IMG/VR virus record: IMGVR_UViG_3300027631_000027 | Span: 1-53,788 of that record | DNA: 53,788 nucleotides | Reading direction: 5' to 3' (one strand) | Source: a virus | Lineage: Duplodnaviria; Caudoviricetes | Shown here: positions 9,843 through 21,100 of the stretch, one piece after another | How the letters are laid out: the number at the start of each line of letters is the position of its first letter | Position numbering within the stretch: position 1 is the stretch's first letter | Notes under the pieces: model-generated | What the model was told of the DNA's origin: nothing | The model's input: the letters and a program-made list of their open reading frames with translations, nothing else | The model's database searches: none | Program-made: the position numbers and the translations under genes

Positions 9843-12800
9843 TTAAATTGAGATTTGAGAATATCCATCCTCTTTTTTAATTTCTATTAAATTATCTACC
9901 ATATCACGGGCAGTCTCTAAGTGACTTACTATTAATATAAAATCAAAATGCGTTTTAAGTAAATTAAACAGTGTTTGCATAGAATGCATGTGTTCAGCAT
10001 CCAATACCCCAAATCCTTCATCAATTATCATGAAATTTGACTTGGGAAGATTACTTGCGTTCATGAGTGCAATACGAATGGCAAGACTACTGACAAATCG
10101 TTCCATGCCAGAACTGTTCTCCAACGGCCAAATACGATCATAATCATAGGTTAATTTACCATTGATATTTTTCCCATCCACTTCTAATGCCACTGTAAAG
10201 TCTACAATCTGTGAAAGGATTGAGTTAATCTCCGATTCAATATTAGGAATTGCCTTACTCATCAGTTCATATGGAATACCATCTCGACCAATCGCAGTCA
10301 TATACTGATTATATGCTTCGTAGGTAATTTCCAATTCTTCTGCTTCCTTTAATTTATTCATTAATTCTTGCTTCTTTGATTCCAACACACTAATATTACC
10401 ATGTAGTGCCCGAAGTTTTTGTTCAACCGACTGCATCATCTTTTTGTTCGTAGTAATCTTTTCTTGAATTTGTGCAATATCAATATCAATTGCTTGATTG
10501 TGTAGAATATTTTCTTCGTTAGTTTTATAAATAACAATTTCATTCTCAATATTAGGAATAGAAATTTCTATTTTTTCAAGAACTACCTTACAATTTGCTA
10601 ATACAGTTTTTGACTTTTCTACGTCAAACCCACATGATTCAATTTCTTTCTGGGCAACCAATGCTTCCTCATATATTTCCTTATCAGTTTCCAACGGTTT
10701 CATCTTATCAATAATCTGGGTAATGGAATCTTCTTGGATTAACCGTTTTGCGTTTAACTCGTCTAGTTCATTATGTACTGCGTCCAAATCTTCAATAACC
10801 GATGCATTGTTGGTGACACACACATCACAATTTAAGTTATATTTGTAACTTGATAGTTTATTCTTAAATTTTGTTTTTTCATCAATTTTAGTATTCACAA
10901 CACGAAGAGCACTATTTCCCTTTATTAAAATATCATTTAACTTATTCCAGTTAGCTACTGATTCTTTAAGAGCACCCATATCATATTGCTCAAAGTCACT
11001 TAACGCATCAGTTAAATTCATTTCACTATCAGTCAATGCATATTCTGCAATTGCCACATCTTCCTGTGCCTTCTTACGATTTGTTGTTGCATTAGTTAAT
11101 GCCTTAGTTAAATCGACAAGATTGCCGGACGTTGATGGAACAGGTCTTTTTAGTTCTTGTGTAGAAATTAATACATCATCAAGTACTTCCCGACTTTCCT
11201 TGAGTTCCATATGTTCCACTTCGACATGGGAAACTTCTTCTTGTGCTGTAGTCAATTGAGCATGGGTAGATGCAATATTGTCGGTAACTTCTGACTTCTT
11301 AAATCGTTTGAGAACTCCCGTAATTTCCTTTGCTTCATCGTGTGCAGCATCAAACAACTTATCAAAGATATTCAATCCCATAAACTGAATAAGTAAATCT
11401 TTTCGCTCCGAATGGGATTTATCAATGAACAATGCGTTGCTGGTTTGTCCACTCAATGCCGTCATTACAAAGTCTTCATATGACCCAACATAGTTACGAA
11501 TATTTGCATTTGTATCTCGACGGTCTTCTCCATTCAAGGAAACAATACCAGTAGGAGTTACCTTCCAGAATTGTGCATCAACTTTGACATCACCGTTCTT
11601 TTTACGAGCACCATTTCGTTTAATACCATAGACCTCATTATTAATTTCAAAGGTCAATTCACATTCAAACGTATCCTTACGATTATTAATAATATGGTCA
11701 CCCTTAAATGCCCGTGGAGTCTTGTCATATAAACAGAACATCAACGAATCCATAATAGAACTTTTACCACTTGCGTTTGCAGCAAAGATTCCATACAATC
11801 CTTTCATATCACTGAAATTAATTTCGTTGTCTTCTCCATACGAGAACATATTTGAAAACTTAAACTTCAGTGGACGCCAATGAATATTTCTAGATTGGTC
11901 ATCGTGTTGAATTCTTCCGTTGAGGTCAGTATTAATCTTTTGAATTGCTGTTAATACCTCGGCATCCAATGAACTATTGTTTCTGGTCAACCAATCTGTA
12001 ATCAGTGTATGTTGTAATGACACATCTGTCAAATCCATTGCATCATGGGCAACCGTAGTAGACCGATTGATGGTCTTATTGAATCGACTCTTATTGACAC
12101 TGAGTTCAATTATATTATGATTGTTACGAAGCGTGGTAATAATCTTTTTTACTTGGGTATTATCTAAATCACCCGTGAACAGTCGCATGCGAACGTTCTT
12201 CGGCATATGTGACGGATAGGTGATATTTCCATCGGATACTTCTAGTGTTACATATCCGTAATCATTGTGAAGAGGAATAAATTCAAACGTATGTGATTGC
12301 ACATCCCACAAACACCATCCATGATTGTCAAGACTTTCCCCGTGGTTTTGCTGAATGAGGGATGATGCATAGACAATTACTGGATTGCTATCTTGGAGTA
12401 CTTGATGCTTATGAATGTCACCTAACAACACCATATCAAATTCGTCGAATGTGGCTACGTGTACATGTCTATTTGTAATCGTAAATCCCGCATCAGTCGT
12501 TGAACCGTGAACAGGTCCGTGGTATAGTGCAATTCTATGCGAAGAATCACATTCGTCTGCACGTGGCCATTCTGTTGCATCATCAAGAATAGACATCACC
12601 GCAAAGTCGGTGTCTGCAACCGTGACAATAGCAGAGTTCTTAATATAATAAAGATTTGGATGTTGTAAACTATTCACAATTGGAGTAAGACTATCCAATC
12701 TGTTTGTATTGGCAAGATTACAATCGTGATTACCCGCAATTAAAATTGTTGGAGCAATGTCGGCAATACTTGCCAGAAACTTAGAAGTGACTTCGACCAT

Positions 12801-13001
12801 TTCTGGGGACATATCCGTCTTTGCATGCACGATATCTCCTGCCAATACAATGACAAAATTTTTAAGATTCTTTGCACGAATGTCTGTATACAATGTTTCG
12901 AACGCGGTTTCGTATTCTTCATGACGACGAAACAACCGAATGTGAATATCAGCAATGTGAACAATAGATTTTAATTTATTAAATGGAACATTTATTTTCA
13001 T
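9843..13001 (-). CDS. sbcCD: Mre11-Rad50 (SbcD-SbcC, gp47-gp46-like) fusion nuclease/ATPase
   Basis: Phosphoesterase motifs ADIH, GD, GNHD, HG, GDIH; Walker A AANASGKSS; coiled coil with CDVC zinc hook; SSGMERF signature; IIDEGFGVLD Walker B; VSH H-loop. Start moved to ATG 13001 (ATGA overlap with upstream gene). Confidence 0.93.
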   Translation of the reverse strand: MKINVPFNKLKSIVHIADIHIRLFRRHEEYETAFETLYTDIRAKNLKNFVIVLAGDIVHAKTDMSPEMVEVTSKFLASIADIAPTILIAGNHDCNLANTNRLDSLTPIVNSLQHPNLYYIKNSAIVTVADTDFAVMSILDDATEWPRADECDSSHRIALYHGPVHGSTTDAGFTITNRHVHVATFDEFDMVLLGDIHKHQVLQDSNPVIVYASSLIQQNHGESLDNHGWCLWDVQSHTFEFIPLHNDYGYVTLEVSDGNITYPSHMPKNVRMRLFTGDLDNTQVKKIITTLRNNHNIIELSVNKSRFNKTINRSTTVAHDAMDLTDVSLQHTLITDWLTRNNSSLDAEVLTAIQKINTDLNGRIQHDDQSRNIHWRPLKFKFSNMFSYGEDNEINFSDMKGLYGIFAANASGKSSIMDSLMFCLYDKTPRAFKGDHIINNRKDTFECELTFEINNEVYGIKRNGARKKNGDVKVDAQFWKVTPTGIVSLNGEDRRDTNANIRNYVGSYEDFVMTALSGQTSNALFIDKSHSERKDLLIQFMGLNIFDKLFDAAHDEAKEITGVLKRFKKSEVTDNIASTHAQLTTAQEEVSHVEVEHMELKESREVLDDVLISTQELKRPVPSTSGNLVDLTKALTNATTNRKKAQEDVAIAEYALTDSEMNLTDALSDFEQYDMGALKESVANWNKLNDILIKGNSALRVVNTKIDEKTKFKNKLSSYKYNLNCDVCVTNNASVIEDLDAVHNELDELNAKRLIQEDSITQIIDKMKPLETDKEIYEEALVAQKEIESCGFDVEKSKTVLANCKVVLEKIEISIPNIENEIVIYKTNEENILHNQAIDIDIAQIQEKITTNKKMMQSVEQKLRALHGNISVLESKKQELMNKLKEAEELEITYEAYNQYMTAIGRDGIPYELMSKAIPNIESEINSILSQIVDFTVALEVDGKNINGKLTYDYDRIWPLENSSGMERFVSSLAIRIALMNASNLPKSNFMIIDEGFGVLDAEHMHSMQTLFNLLKTHFDFILIVSHLETARDMVDNLIEIKKEDGYSQISI

Positions 13002-13225
13002 AATACCTTCTTTGTAAGTAACCATCCTGCAAACACTCCCATTGAAATACCTTTGGGGTCTAACCAAACTGCATCATAACTTTTACAAAAATCTTTCCAT
13101 GCCATACCAGCCGTTATTGGCGATATCATGTCATTGGGATCTATCAAATCTAACAATTCTTCAATATCAGCAATGTCCACACCAGACCCTTTTGCGATAA
13201 GTTCTATTTCTTCTTTACGTGTCAT
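12998..13225 (-). CDS. hypothetical protein
   Basis: 75 aa, 4-nt overlaps with both neighbours suggest translational coupling. Confidence 0.7.
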   Translation of the reverse strand: MTRKEEIELIAKGSGVDIADIEELLDLIDPNDMISPITAGMAWKDFCKSYDAVWLDPKGISMGVFAGWLLTKKVL

Positions 13226-14127
13226 ATATTTAATAACCTCTGTCCAATAAATTCTTTAAATGTGGTACTGCGAGAATTACTAATTTCTTCCCATGCAGTT
13301 TCAAACCCCATATCTGCTGCGTCTTTTCCTTTTGTTAACACTACACTAACATTCATATCATATTGTTTAAGATGTTGTTCCAATTTCATAGCATCAGATT
13401 GTGCGTCTTCGTCCAAGAAAATTACAACATTTTTTACTTTATTCTGTAGTAACGCTTGCTCCAAATTCTTCGGAATCGTTTTGCCAAGTAGCGGTATAGC
13501 ATTTCTCCTAAGAGATATAGCATCAAACATGCCCTCACATAAAATTATTTGGTCGTTCCAATCTACCATGTTCTCAAAACATACAATGTTTTTTGTTACT
13601 GGAGGATTCTTATATTTCATCCCACCCTCATAAAATGATCGTGCGGTAAAATAATTTAACTGATTATTACTATCATAGGATGGGACAATAATACGTCCCG
13701 CATATGGACCGGTTTCACAATATCCCATACGATATCGCAATATATCATCAGTCCGCACTCCACGATTTTTTAAATAAGAAATAGCATTCAAATACGAATA
13801 ACTTTTTTCAGATTTCCACAACGGCTTATATTCAAGAGGAAGAAATAATTTAATATCGGCAGTTGTTGCTTTATATATCTTAATATCTTCATCACCCAAC
13901 ACTTGTTTAAATTGTTGAATAAGTTCTTTAGAGATATTGAGTTTTTTTAATAACCAAATAATATGACCACCTTTACTACCGCACGTCCAACACTTCCACT
14001 TATTATTTGATATATTAACAGATAATTTCTTTTTTGCATGATGGCAAAACGGGCAGTGAAATAGATATTCATCTGCCTGCTGCGTATATATGCCTAATAT
14101 TTGTTGGAGTAGTGTGAGTATAGTCAT
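13222..14127 (-). CDS. dnaG: DNA primase (DnaG/gp61-like, zinc finger + TOPRIM)
   Basis: CPFC...WKCWTC zinc finger, YLKNRG, RIIVP, KYKNP, EGMFDA and LDED TOPRIM acidic motifs. Confidence 0.85.
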   Translation of the reverse strand: MTILTLLQQILGIYTQQADEYLFHCPFCHHAKKKLSVNISNNKWKCWTCGSKGGHIIWLLKKLNISKELIQQFKQVLGDEDIKIYKATTADIKLFLPLEYKPLWKSEKSYSYLNAISYLKNRGVRTDDILRYRMGYCETGPYAGRIIVPSYDSNNQLNYFTARSFYEGGMKYKNPPVTKNIVCFENMVDWNDQIILCEGMFDAISLRRNAIPLLGKTIPKNLEQALLQNKVKNVVIFLDEDAQSDAMKLEQHLKQYDMNVSVVLTKGKDAADMGFETAWEEISNSRSTTFKEFIGQRLLNI

Positions 14128-14133
14128 ACTCTA

Positions 14134-14162
14134 ATGATAACACAACCACTTGACAAAATCAA
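14134..14162 (-). promoter_or_regulatory. sigma70-type promoter of primase operon
   Basis: TTGATT-17 nt-TATCAT with TGn extension; -10 ends 6 nt before the ATG. Confidence 0.6.
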
Positions 14163-14165
14163 GGG

Positions 14166-14741
14166 TTAAATGACACCTCGTGCTAATCTAACACTAATAT
14201 CTTTTTTTATTTCTTCGGGCACAGTCTCTAACCAATCTAATACTATCTGAAAATTTTCTTCACTTAACGACCCTTTCATGCCATTACTGGTCTTACAAAT
14301 AATTTGAATATTATCTATATTACTCGACCCACCCTTAGAAATCGGAATAATATGATCGAATACTAACGTATTAATATTTAATATCTTGTCACAGTATTTA
14401 CACTTCGTTCCGTACATTTTGTACAGAAGCTCTCGCAATTCTTCCACGGTAATATTACATTCCACACCATGTTTTTTTGAACGAGTTACTAACGCAATTT
14501 TGGTGGAATCAGCACGTTTTAAAATCTTATTCACCACTTTATTTAAATTGCGTTTATGACATAATTTTATTTTTTCCAAGAACTTTTCTTGCCACTCGGT
14601 TCTAATAACTGTTTTTTGAACAGTTTGTGCAGATGGCGTTCGTGGTTTAGGTAAACGCAATTGAGCCACTTCATCGGGGGTTCCATTAAATATTGCATGG
14701 ACATCCGTTGAGTGGCTCAATTTGGTAGTACGTTTTTTCAT
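14166..14741 (-). CDS. HNH endonuclease
   Basis: CKYC...FDHIIPISKGGSSNIDNIQIICKTSNGMKG. Confidence 0.88.
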   Translation of the reverse strand: MKKRTTKLSHSTDVHAIFNGTPDEVAQLRLPKPRTPSAQTVQKTVIRTEWQEKFLEKIKLCHKRNLNKVVNKILKRADSTKIALVTRSKKHGVECNITVEELRELLYKMYGTKCKYCDKILNINTLVFDHIIPISKGGSSNIDNIQIICKTSNGMKGSLSEENFQIVLDWLETVPEEIKKDISVRLARGVI

Positions 14742-14768
14742 ATAACCGTTATAGTAATTTAATAAATT

Positions 14769-15242
14769 TTATGTTGCAACAGTTTTTGCTGCTGCACGTA
14801 CTTTAGCAAACGAGGATAAAGTGGCCGAAATTGCAAACTTTGCTGTGGGCGTCCACCGATGAAAATTGGTTGGATTATCCTTCCATGCATCAAGCGTATC
14901 CGTTCTCATACTCTTATAAGTTTTCCACGCTGAGTCTTTTATAGAACTAGCGGTTGCATTTGGATCGGTAAATGCATAATTTAATGCTCTTCCATACCAA
15001 CGACTCAATCCCTTACGTTCATTTGCAGCAATTACTGTATCTGTACCTTGGACAAACTCAGTGGTCTTAGCTTTTTCTTGCTGAAAATTTGATTGCATTG
15101 TATCAGTTGACCCTATACGTGCACCAGCATCCATAAAATTTACACCAGGGCCTGAACTGTCTTGTACCAAATCCGTATTTGCTTTAGCTCTGCCTGCATT
15201 CGTGTTAGCTGCTGCATTTTTATATCTTTCTTCTAACGTCAT
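14769..15242 (-). CDS. hypothetical protein
   Basis: ATG at 15242 with GGAG SD; no recognised motif. Confidence 0.6.
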   Translation of the reverse strand: MTLEERYKNAAANTNAGRAKANTDLVQDSSGPGVNFMDAGARIGSTDTMQSNFQQEKAKTTEFVQGTDTVIAANERKGLSRWYGRALNYAFTDPNATASSIKDSAWKTYKSMRTDTLDAWKDNPTNFHRWTPTAKFAISATLSSFAKVRAAAKTVAT

Positions 15243-15257
15243 ATAAATCTCCAAGTA

Positions 15258-16187
15258 TTAGGTATCGAACCTAACTATAAATATCTGGTTAACATCAAAA
15301 GTACGTTGAATTGGTTCACTTGTTTTTGCCACTGCTAACAATTCGTACTTGTCATTATATAACCCAATTGTTGTAATATATGGTTTGATAACTCCAGCAC
15401 TCATTAAATTATACAAATTCCACGTTGAACTTCCACTGGACGGTTTAATATTCATTTCATTAAATGACTGTGTAACACTGCCCGTCGTTGCGGTGTATGC
15501 AGATAATATTGACGGATTAAATGGAGAAAAATTAAAATCCATAGGACGTAATTTTACATTCACTTGATGTCTATGAAGTTTTACATCACTATTATAATCC
15601 ACATATACATTCGTGCCACTTACTATTTGTAATCCAGTTGACGATATAGAAGTATTTATCGATGCCGTATCGTGTTTGATGACTGCAATACCTGTATTGT
15701 AAAATATATTACCGAGATATACATTAACCGACGAACTGACGTAGTATAAATTACCTCTACCGTCATCCCGTATTGCCGTATTTGCAATTTCTGTAGTTAT
15801 TTCAAATGACCCCGGTTTTACTCTATCCCCATAAAAATTTTGTCCAATACTAAATACGTAAGAATCATTTGGCAATCCTGCTAAACTAGAAGTGGTCAAT
15901 ACCGACCCACTATAGAAGTTTCCTCTGTTATAAAACAAATGTTTTATGGATGAATATAAAATATATTCATATACACCAGAATCAGAATTAATTTTAGGAA
16001 AATCACTTTCAAAAAAATCAGTTGGGTCATTAGTAGCACGACCTACTGTAATTGCACCATCCAACTCGTCGGGCGATGTAATATGTATACCCGACGACCC
16101 AGATAGTAACTCCCAAGACATGGGAGCAGATACGTACATGTCTTCAACAGTATAATCTTTTGAATCTAACGTACTAAAGACTTTCAT
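15258..16187 (-). CDS. putative baseplate/tail structural protein
   Basis: C-terminal PYITTIGLYNDKYELLAVAK motif; paralogous with upstream gene. Confidence 0.6.
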   Translation of the reverse strand: MKVFSTLDSKDYTVEDMYVSAPMSWELLSGSSGIHITSPDELDGAITVGRATNDPTDFFESDFPKINSDSGVYEYILYSSIKHLFYNRGNFYSGSVLTTSSLAGLPNDSYVFSIGQNFYGDRVKPGSFEITTEIANTAIRDDGRGNLYYVSSSVNVYLGNIFYNTGIAVIKHDTASINTSISSTGLQIVSGTNVYVDYNSDVKLHRHQVNVKLRPMDFNFSPFNPSILSAYTATTGSVTQSFNEMNIKPSSGSSTWNLYNLMSAGVIKPYITTIGLYNDKYELLAVAKTSEPIQRTFDVNQIFIVRFDT

Positions 16188-17386
16188 TAAAAGTCGAGTC
16201 TAACTCTTAATAAAATTTCTTCATCGAAACTTTTACGAACTGGTTTACTCAATTTTGCCACTGCCAACAATTCATTCTTAGAATTATATAATCCAACCGT
16301 TGTAATATAAACTTTTGGATCATTTTTAAAACTCGATTGGATTAATACACCCGTATTTGGATTGGAGAATGTTGGATTATTAGAGTAATTATATTCTTTA
16401 TTACGTAATCTTACAAAGTAATGGGTAGAGGCAATAGTTTCAGCAGAACGTGCTCTAAATCCCTTATTACTTCCAGTAGCAAATGTTGCGTTTCTAATTG
16501 CTACATATAATCCAGCATGATTGTACGCAGATTTATTGGAACCCCACGCAGTTTCACTGAGTGCATGCACAATTGGTGCAAATGGATATTGTGTAGTTTC
16601 ATTATAGTCAGGATAGGTGGCTGAATAGTACAATGTGTCTCTAGACGATGTGGCCTGGCTTCCTGTCAATAGCACTGATGATGCCGATGTAAAGAATCCA
16701 ACCGCAGGACCAATTGCATTTGGGTTTAATACAATGATACCTAAATCTGGATATACTAATCCATATCCAGGTCCACTAGTTCCCCAAGTGGTTGACCCCG
16801 TTGCGGCAGAAATTGAACCAGATGTACTTGACAAGGCACCGGAAATTATGTTAAACACTCTACCTGCTTTACTATTTGCAGTTAGTGCGCCTAATGTTTG
16901 ACCACTATCATCGATAAACGTACTAATTCCATTTGCACCAGACAACGGCAATTCCCAATTTCCCGGATCAAGTTGTTCTCTAATACGAGCTCGTTGAAAA
17001 TTTATGACATATATGTGGTCGGAATCTACCCCTTGAAAAGAAAATTTTGTATCTTCGGGATTTAATAATAAATTTCTATATTGACTGTATATTGCTTTTG
17101 TTGGTAGTTTTGATTGTTCATTTACATCAAGCGTTGGAGAACCACCGCCGTTTATGTGACCATAACTAATGGCAAATTGTACTTCCGCTAGTGGATTACT
17201 AGTAGGATCAATATTAAATGCGTCAAAATAATATTCGCCACTTGTACCAAACTGTTGGCCATCGCCATCATTAATATACAATAAATTTTCAAATGAACCC
17301 GTATCACCCGTGAACAATCCAGTAGTTATGGTTGTGGGGTTTGCGGTCACTATATCATCGTTCTGAAGAGTTGTGTAAATAGTCAT
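16187..17386 (-). CDS. putative baseplate/tail structural protein
   Basis: C-terminal YITTVGLYNSKNELLAVAKLSKP motif. Confidence 0.6.
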   Translation of the reverse strand: MTIYTTLQNDDIVTANPTTITTGLFTGDTGSFENLLYINDGDGQQFGTSGEYYFDAFNIDPTSNPLAEVQFAISYGHINGGGSPTLDVNEQSKLPTKAIYSQYRNLLLNPEDTKFSFQGVDSDHIYVINFQRARIREQLDPGNWELPLSGANGISTFIDDSGQTLGALTANSKAGRVFNIISGALSSTSGSISAATGSTTWGTSGPGYGLVYPDLGIIVLNPNAIGPAVGFFTSASSVLLTGSQATSSRDTLYYSATYPDYNETTQYPFAPIVHALSETAWGSNKSAYNHAGLYVAIRNATFATGSNKGFRARSAETIASTHYFVRLRNKEYNYSNNPTFSNPNTGVLIQSSFKNDPKVYITTVGLYNSKNELLAVAKLSKPVRKSFDEEILLRVRLDF

Positions 17387-17405
17387 ATATATTTCCTAGT
17401 GTTGG

Positions 17406-18053
17406 TTACGCTACTGTAGCTGGAAGGATAGTTACTGGAATTACCTTTGTTGCGCCGGTTTCATTGCCAATAATTACTAGTTGTGTAGATGTTTCCGTAT
17501 TTACATTTCGTGGGGTGAGGGTAAATTGTGTCCCTGTTAATACGATGGCATTCTGTGAATTTACCGAAGAGGTTTCTCCCACAAACAATGGTACCGTTGC
17601 ACTTCCAGCCACACCATTACTTGTTAATGAAGCAGCTTCTCTGTCATACAGAATTGCAGTGTATCCAAGTGTTTGGTCCAGATTAGTTCCGCCGGTAGTA
17701 ATTACCGTTACCTGCTGTCCCAATGCGTTCGTAGAATATCGTAGTTCAATAGAAATTGGTGCAACTTGTAATAATGGAATTGTATTTTGTCCTTGGGCAA
17801 AGGTGACCAGTTTATATCGTAAATTTTGTGTTTCATCTACGGAAGCTTCTACAATGGGCATATTTTCAATCGCCGAACCATAATATTCCGTTCCAAGTGG
17901 GTGAGCGGGATCATATAAAGAATAATCAATCTCATCGTCTGATACCGCAAACTGTGTAATGTTGAATGCAGAACGGCCTTGTGCAAGCAATTCTCGTCCT
18001 TTTTTTGTTAAAATAGCGTCAACCGTAACGCTTGCTTTATTTAAATATCCCAT
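17406..18053 (-). CDS. putative baseplate/tail structural protein
   Basis: N-terminal DAILTKKGRELLAQG..FNITQFAVSDDEIDY resembles tail-collar/baseplate N-termini. Confidence 0.6.
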   Translation of the reverse strand: MGYLNKASVTVDAILTKKGRELLAQGRSAFNITQFAVSDDEIDYSLYDPAHPLGTEYYGSAIENMPIVEASVDETQNLRYKLVTFAQGQNTIPLLQVAPISIELRYSTNALGQQVTVITTGGTNLDQTLGYTAILYDREAASLTSNGVAGSATVPLFVGETSSVNSQNAIVLTGTQFTLTPRNVNTETSTQLVIIGNETGATKVIPVTILPATVA

Positions 18054-18111
18054 AAATAATAACTCCGAATAATAAGAGGTCTGATATACATATATAGTAT
18101 TGTTTGTTTTA

Positions 18112-21100
18112 TTACGTTACGTTTAAGGTTCCACCACCACCCGTAGTTATTTCCGTATTGGTTTGTGTTTTTGCAATCGTAATATCTGTTCCTTCACTTA
18201 AGAATACTTCAACTGGGTCACGCCCATCAATTGTAGTATCTTTTGTGTTTAAGCATCCTACATAATTTCGTCGTTTCGTAGCAGTGGAATTGTCTCTAAA
18301 AAATCTATAATGCTTGCGCAAATATCCAAACGGAATTCGTGGTTCAATTTGTAATGCATAATAATATAATAATAAATTAACATCTTTTATAGTTGTAGTA
18401 GTATTATTTATCGTGTAAAAAAGTTTTCCGGAAGGTGGCATACTATCAGCCACTAATGTAGAAATTGGTCCTATGGTTTCTACGTTGGTAGTGGACATTT
18501 GCATATCTAATAGTACGCCGTGTGAATTTAATGGCATACTTTCAATGGGTCGTGCAATATCTACGTCACGTGCCGTTTGTGTTCTATAAAAACGAATACG
18601 CAATCCAGTAGTTCCTGTTTGTATTCCGAATAACAATGCGATATTTTGTACCACTACCTCACCAGTAATATATGAGTTTCCATTCACCGATGGTAAAGAA
18701 AATAAATCTACATATCTGTCTGGCACATCTATAATTTTATTTATTGATATCGTGGTTGTTTTATAATTATTTAGCGCAGGAGTTGGTATAGTATATGTAT
18801 CATATACAATTCTGCGCGGTTCTAGTTTTTGTATAGGTAAAAATCTTAATAATTCCCAATTGTTTTTATCCAAGGATGGCGGTGTATATGATGGAACTCC
18901 GTCAGTATATGCTGGAGTACCATCCGTGGATTCTTTATATGATGTTCTTGTGGTAAATACATAATATTTTCCATTACCACCCTGTGCGGCTTTTATTGAA
19001 CCATCAATACTCGTATATGTACTATCTATGTTTTGATATACCACATCATAAATGTTGTATTTTTTTCCAACAGTCCATGTAATATCCCCGTCAAATGATT
19101 GACTGACGTTGTTCCATGTGGCATTTAGTGGCCGCGTATATACTGGGGTTTTTACTATTACTGGAAAATAATAAATTCCATATGTATCGTTAAAATATGT
19201 GTATACTCCCACATCTCTAAAATCTGTTGACGGTTGAATATCATATACCGCAGGTACATATATACTAGTATTTCCTCCCAACCGAGGTGTGGCAATTTCC
19301 GTATCAAATAATTTTCTAGTATATAATCTACTGTATGGCTCTGATCCTATACTTCCGTTATTTACATCATTATATGGAATTTTGTTCATGTCAGATAACT
19401 GCATGTCAATATTTGAAGCTCGTGCTGGTCTGGAAGAACTGATGTCCGTCAATTGCCATATTTCATGTCGTTTGTTATAAGTTGTAAACTTTGCCTCTAC
19501 CAGATTCACATCTTCTGCTATCGTGGTTTTTAAGTTTGAATAACTTCCTGTTAATGTGGCAGGTTGCATATCTAACTTTGTGGTCTGGTTAATGACATTT
19601 GCAGAAACGGGTAGTGGCAATGTTACTTGTTCTTGCACTCTATACGTCGGATAATTTCCTTCTACCGTTGTGACCGCAGATTCTATTACATCAGATACAT
19701 TAAATGTGGCTCCATAATCTGGTCGGCTGCTCGATAATGACCCAACTGCCGATAAGGTTTTTTTTGTATCTTTTCCATAAAAACGAATATTTTTTACGGG
19801 TGGTATTTTTACCTGTTCCAAAATATTTGGTTCTATAAGAATGCCTTGGATTGTTGCCGCCTTTGATGGAATAAAATAATCCATTACTTGATTTAATACA
19901 GACCCTACATCTGCGGCAATTCGTATAAATCGATTCGTGTTGACATACACATAATGATATTGTTGGTAATGTCGTTTTAATGTTTCCAACGATTTATCAA
20001 ACTGCGTGTATAATGTTGTCGGTGACCCGAGTACTGCATTAATATTTTCTAATCCTAAATTACGAATGATATTTTGGTTGATGATTTCGGTTGGAGACAT
20101 TGCCAATACAACTTTATTACGACCTCTACGAAGTTTTTTTGTCTGCGCAGAAACAATACTTTGTGTTCTGTATAATCTTGCTCCTTTCGTATCATCAATA
20201 AATACCGGTGGCGCGGCCACCTTTACTTTATTTGTTATATATCCACTTGACCCCGCAAATGGCATTTCTTGTCGAATTGTTCTGTTGTACCTCACAAAAT
20301 CAGACCCAGTGACATTAAATGTTGATAATGTTTCTAATGATGGAGACACAGATATATTTTTATATGGACTTTCGTTTGGTACCGAAGATGACGCTATTAA
20401 TGATCCGGTATCAATTTTATTAAAAGATAATTGCACCAATAAATTATCAGCAGCGGATGAATATGTGTCACCTGCGTTTGAACCGGCATCAAATACCGTG
20501 TTTAGAATTACCTCATCTGATAATGTGTCATTCCACAAACGTATTTCGTCAATTGTGCCTTCAAATCTAGAAATTGTCCGAGAACCCGATGCGCCCATAT
20601 AAACATAATTTGTACTTTGCCACAGTGATGGGAATTTATCTGAATTACTTGATATTGAACTGAATATTAGATCTTCGCCGTCTGTCTGTATTATGTATAC
20701 CGATGATGTTGATGCGTATGTTTGTAATGTTATACTCACCGGTTGGTTGTAAATTTCGTGGTAACTACTTGACAATATTTGTATAGTATTACTACCAGAT
20801 GTTATTATAAATCTACCAAGTGACGTATTACTTGGATGTCTCGCTACGTGTAATGCCCACTTTTCGTCACCAGTTACTAAGGTTGTAATTGGTGTTGTTG
20901 TGTTTTCCGTAACACACGTAAATTGTAGTGTTGTAGGAGTACGTGTTGATGCAGATACCGGCACCTCTATATATGAAGTTTTTGCTTGAGTAAATTGTAA
21001 CCCATTCGTATATTCGTCATATACGTGATACGAACTGGATTCAGGAGTTCCGGTTTCTTTCACGCTGAGTAATTGCGGTCCAATACCAAACGTTTTTAAT

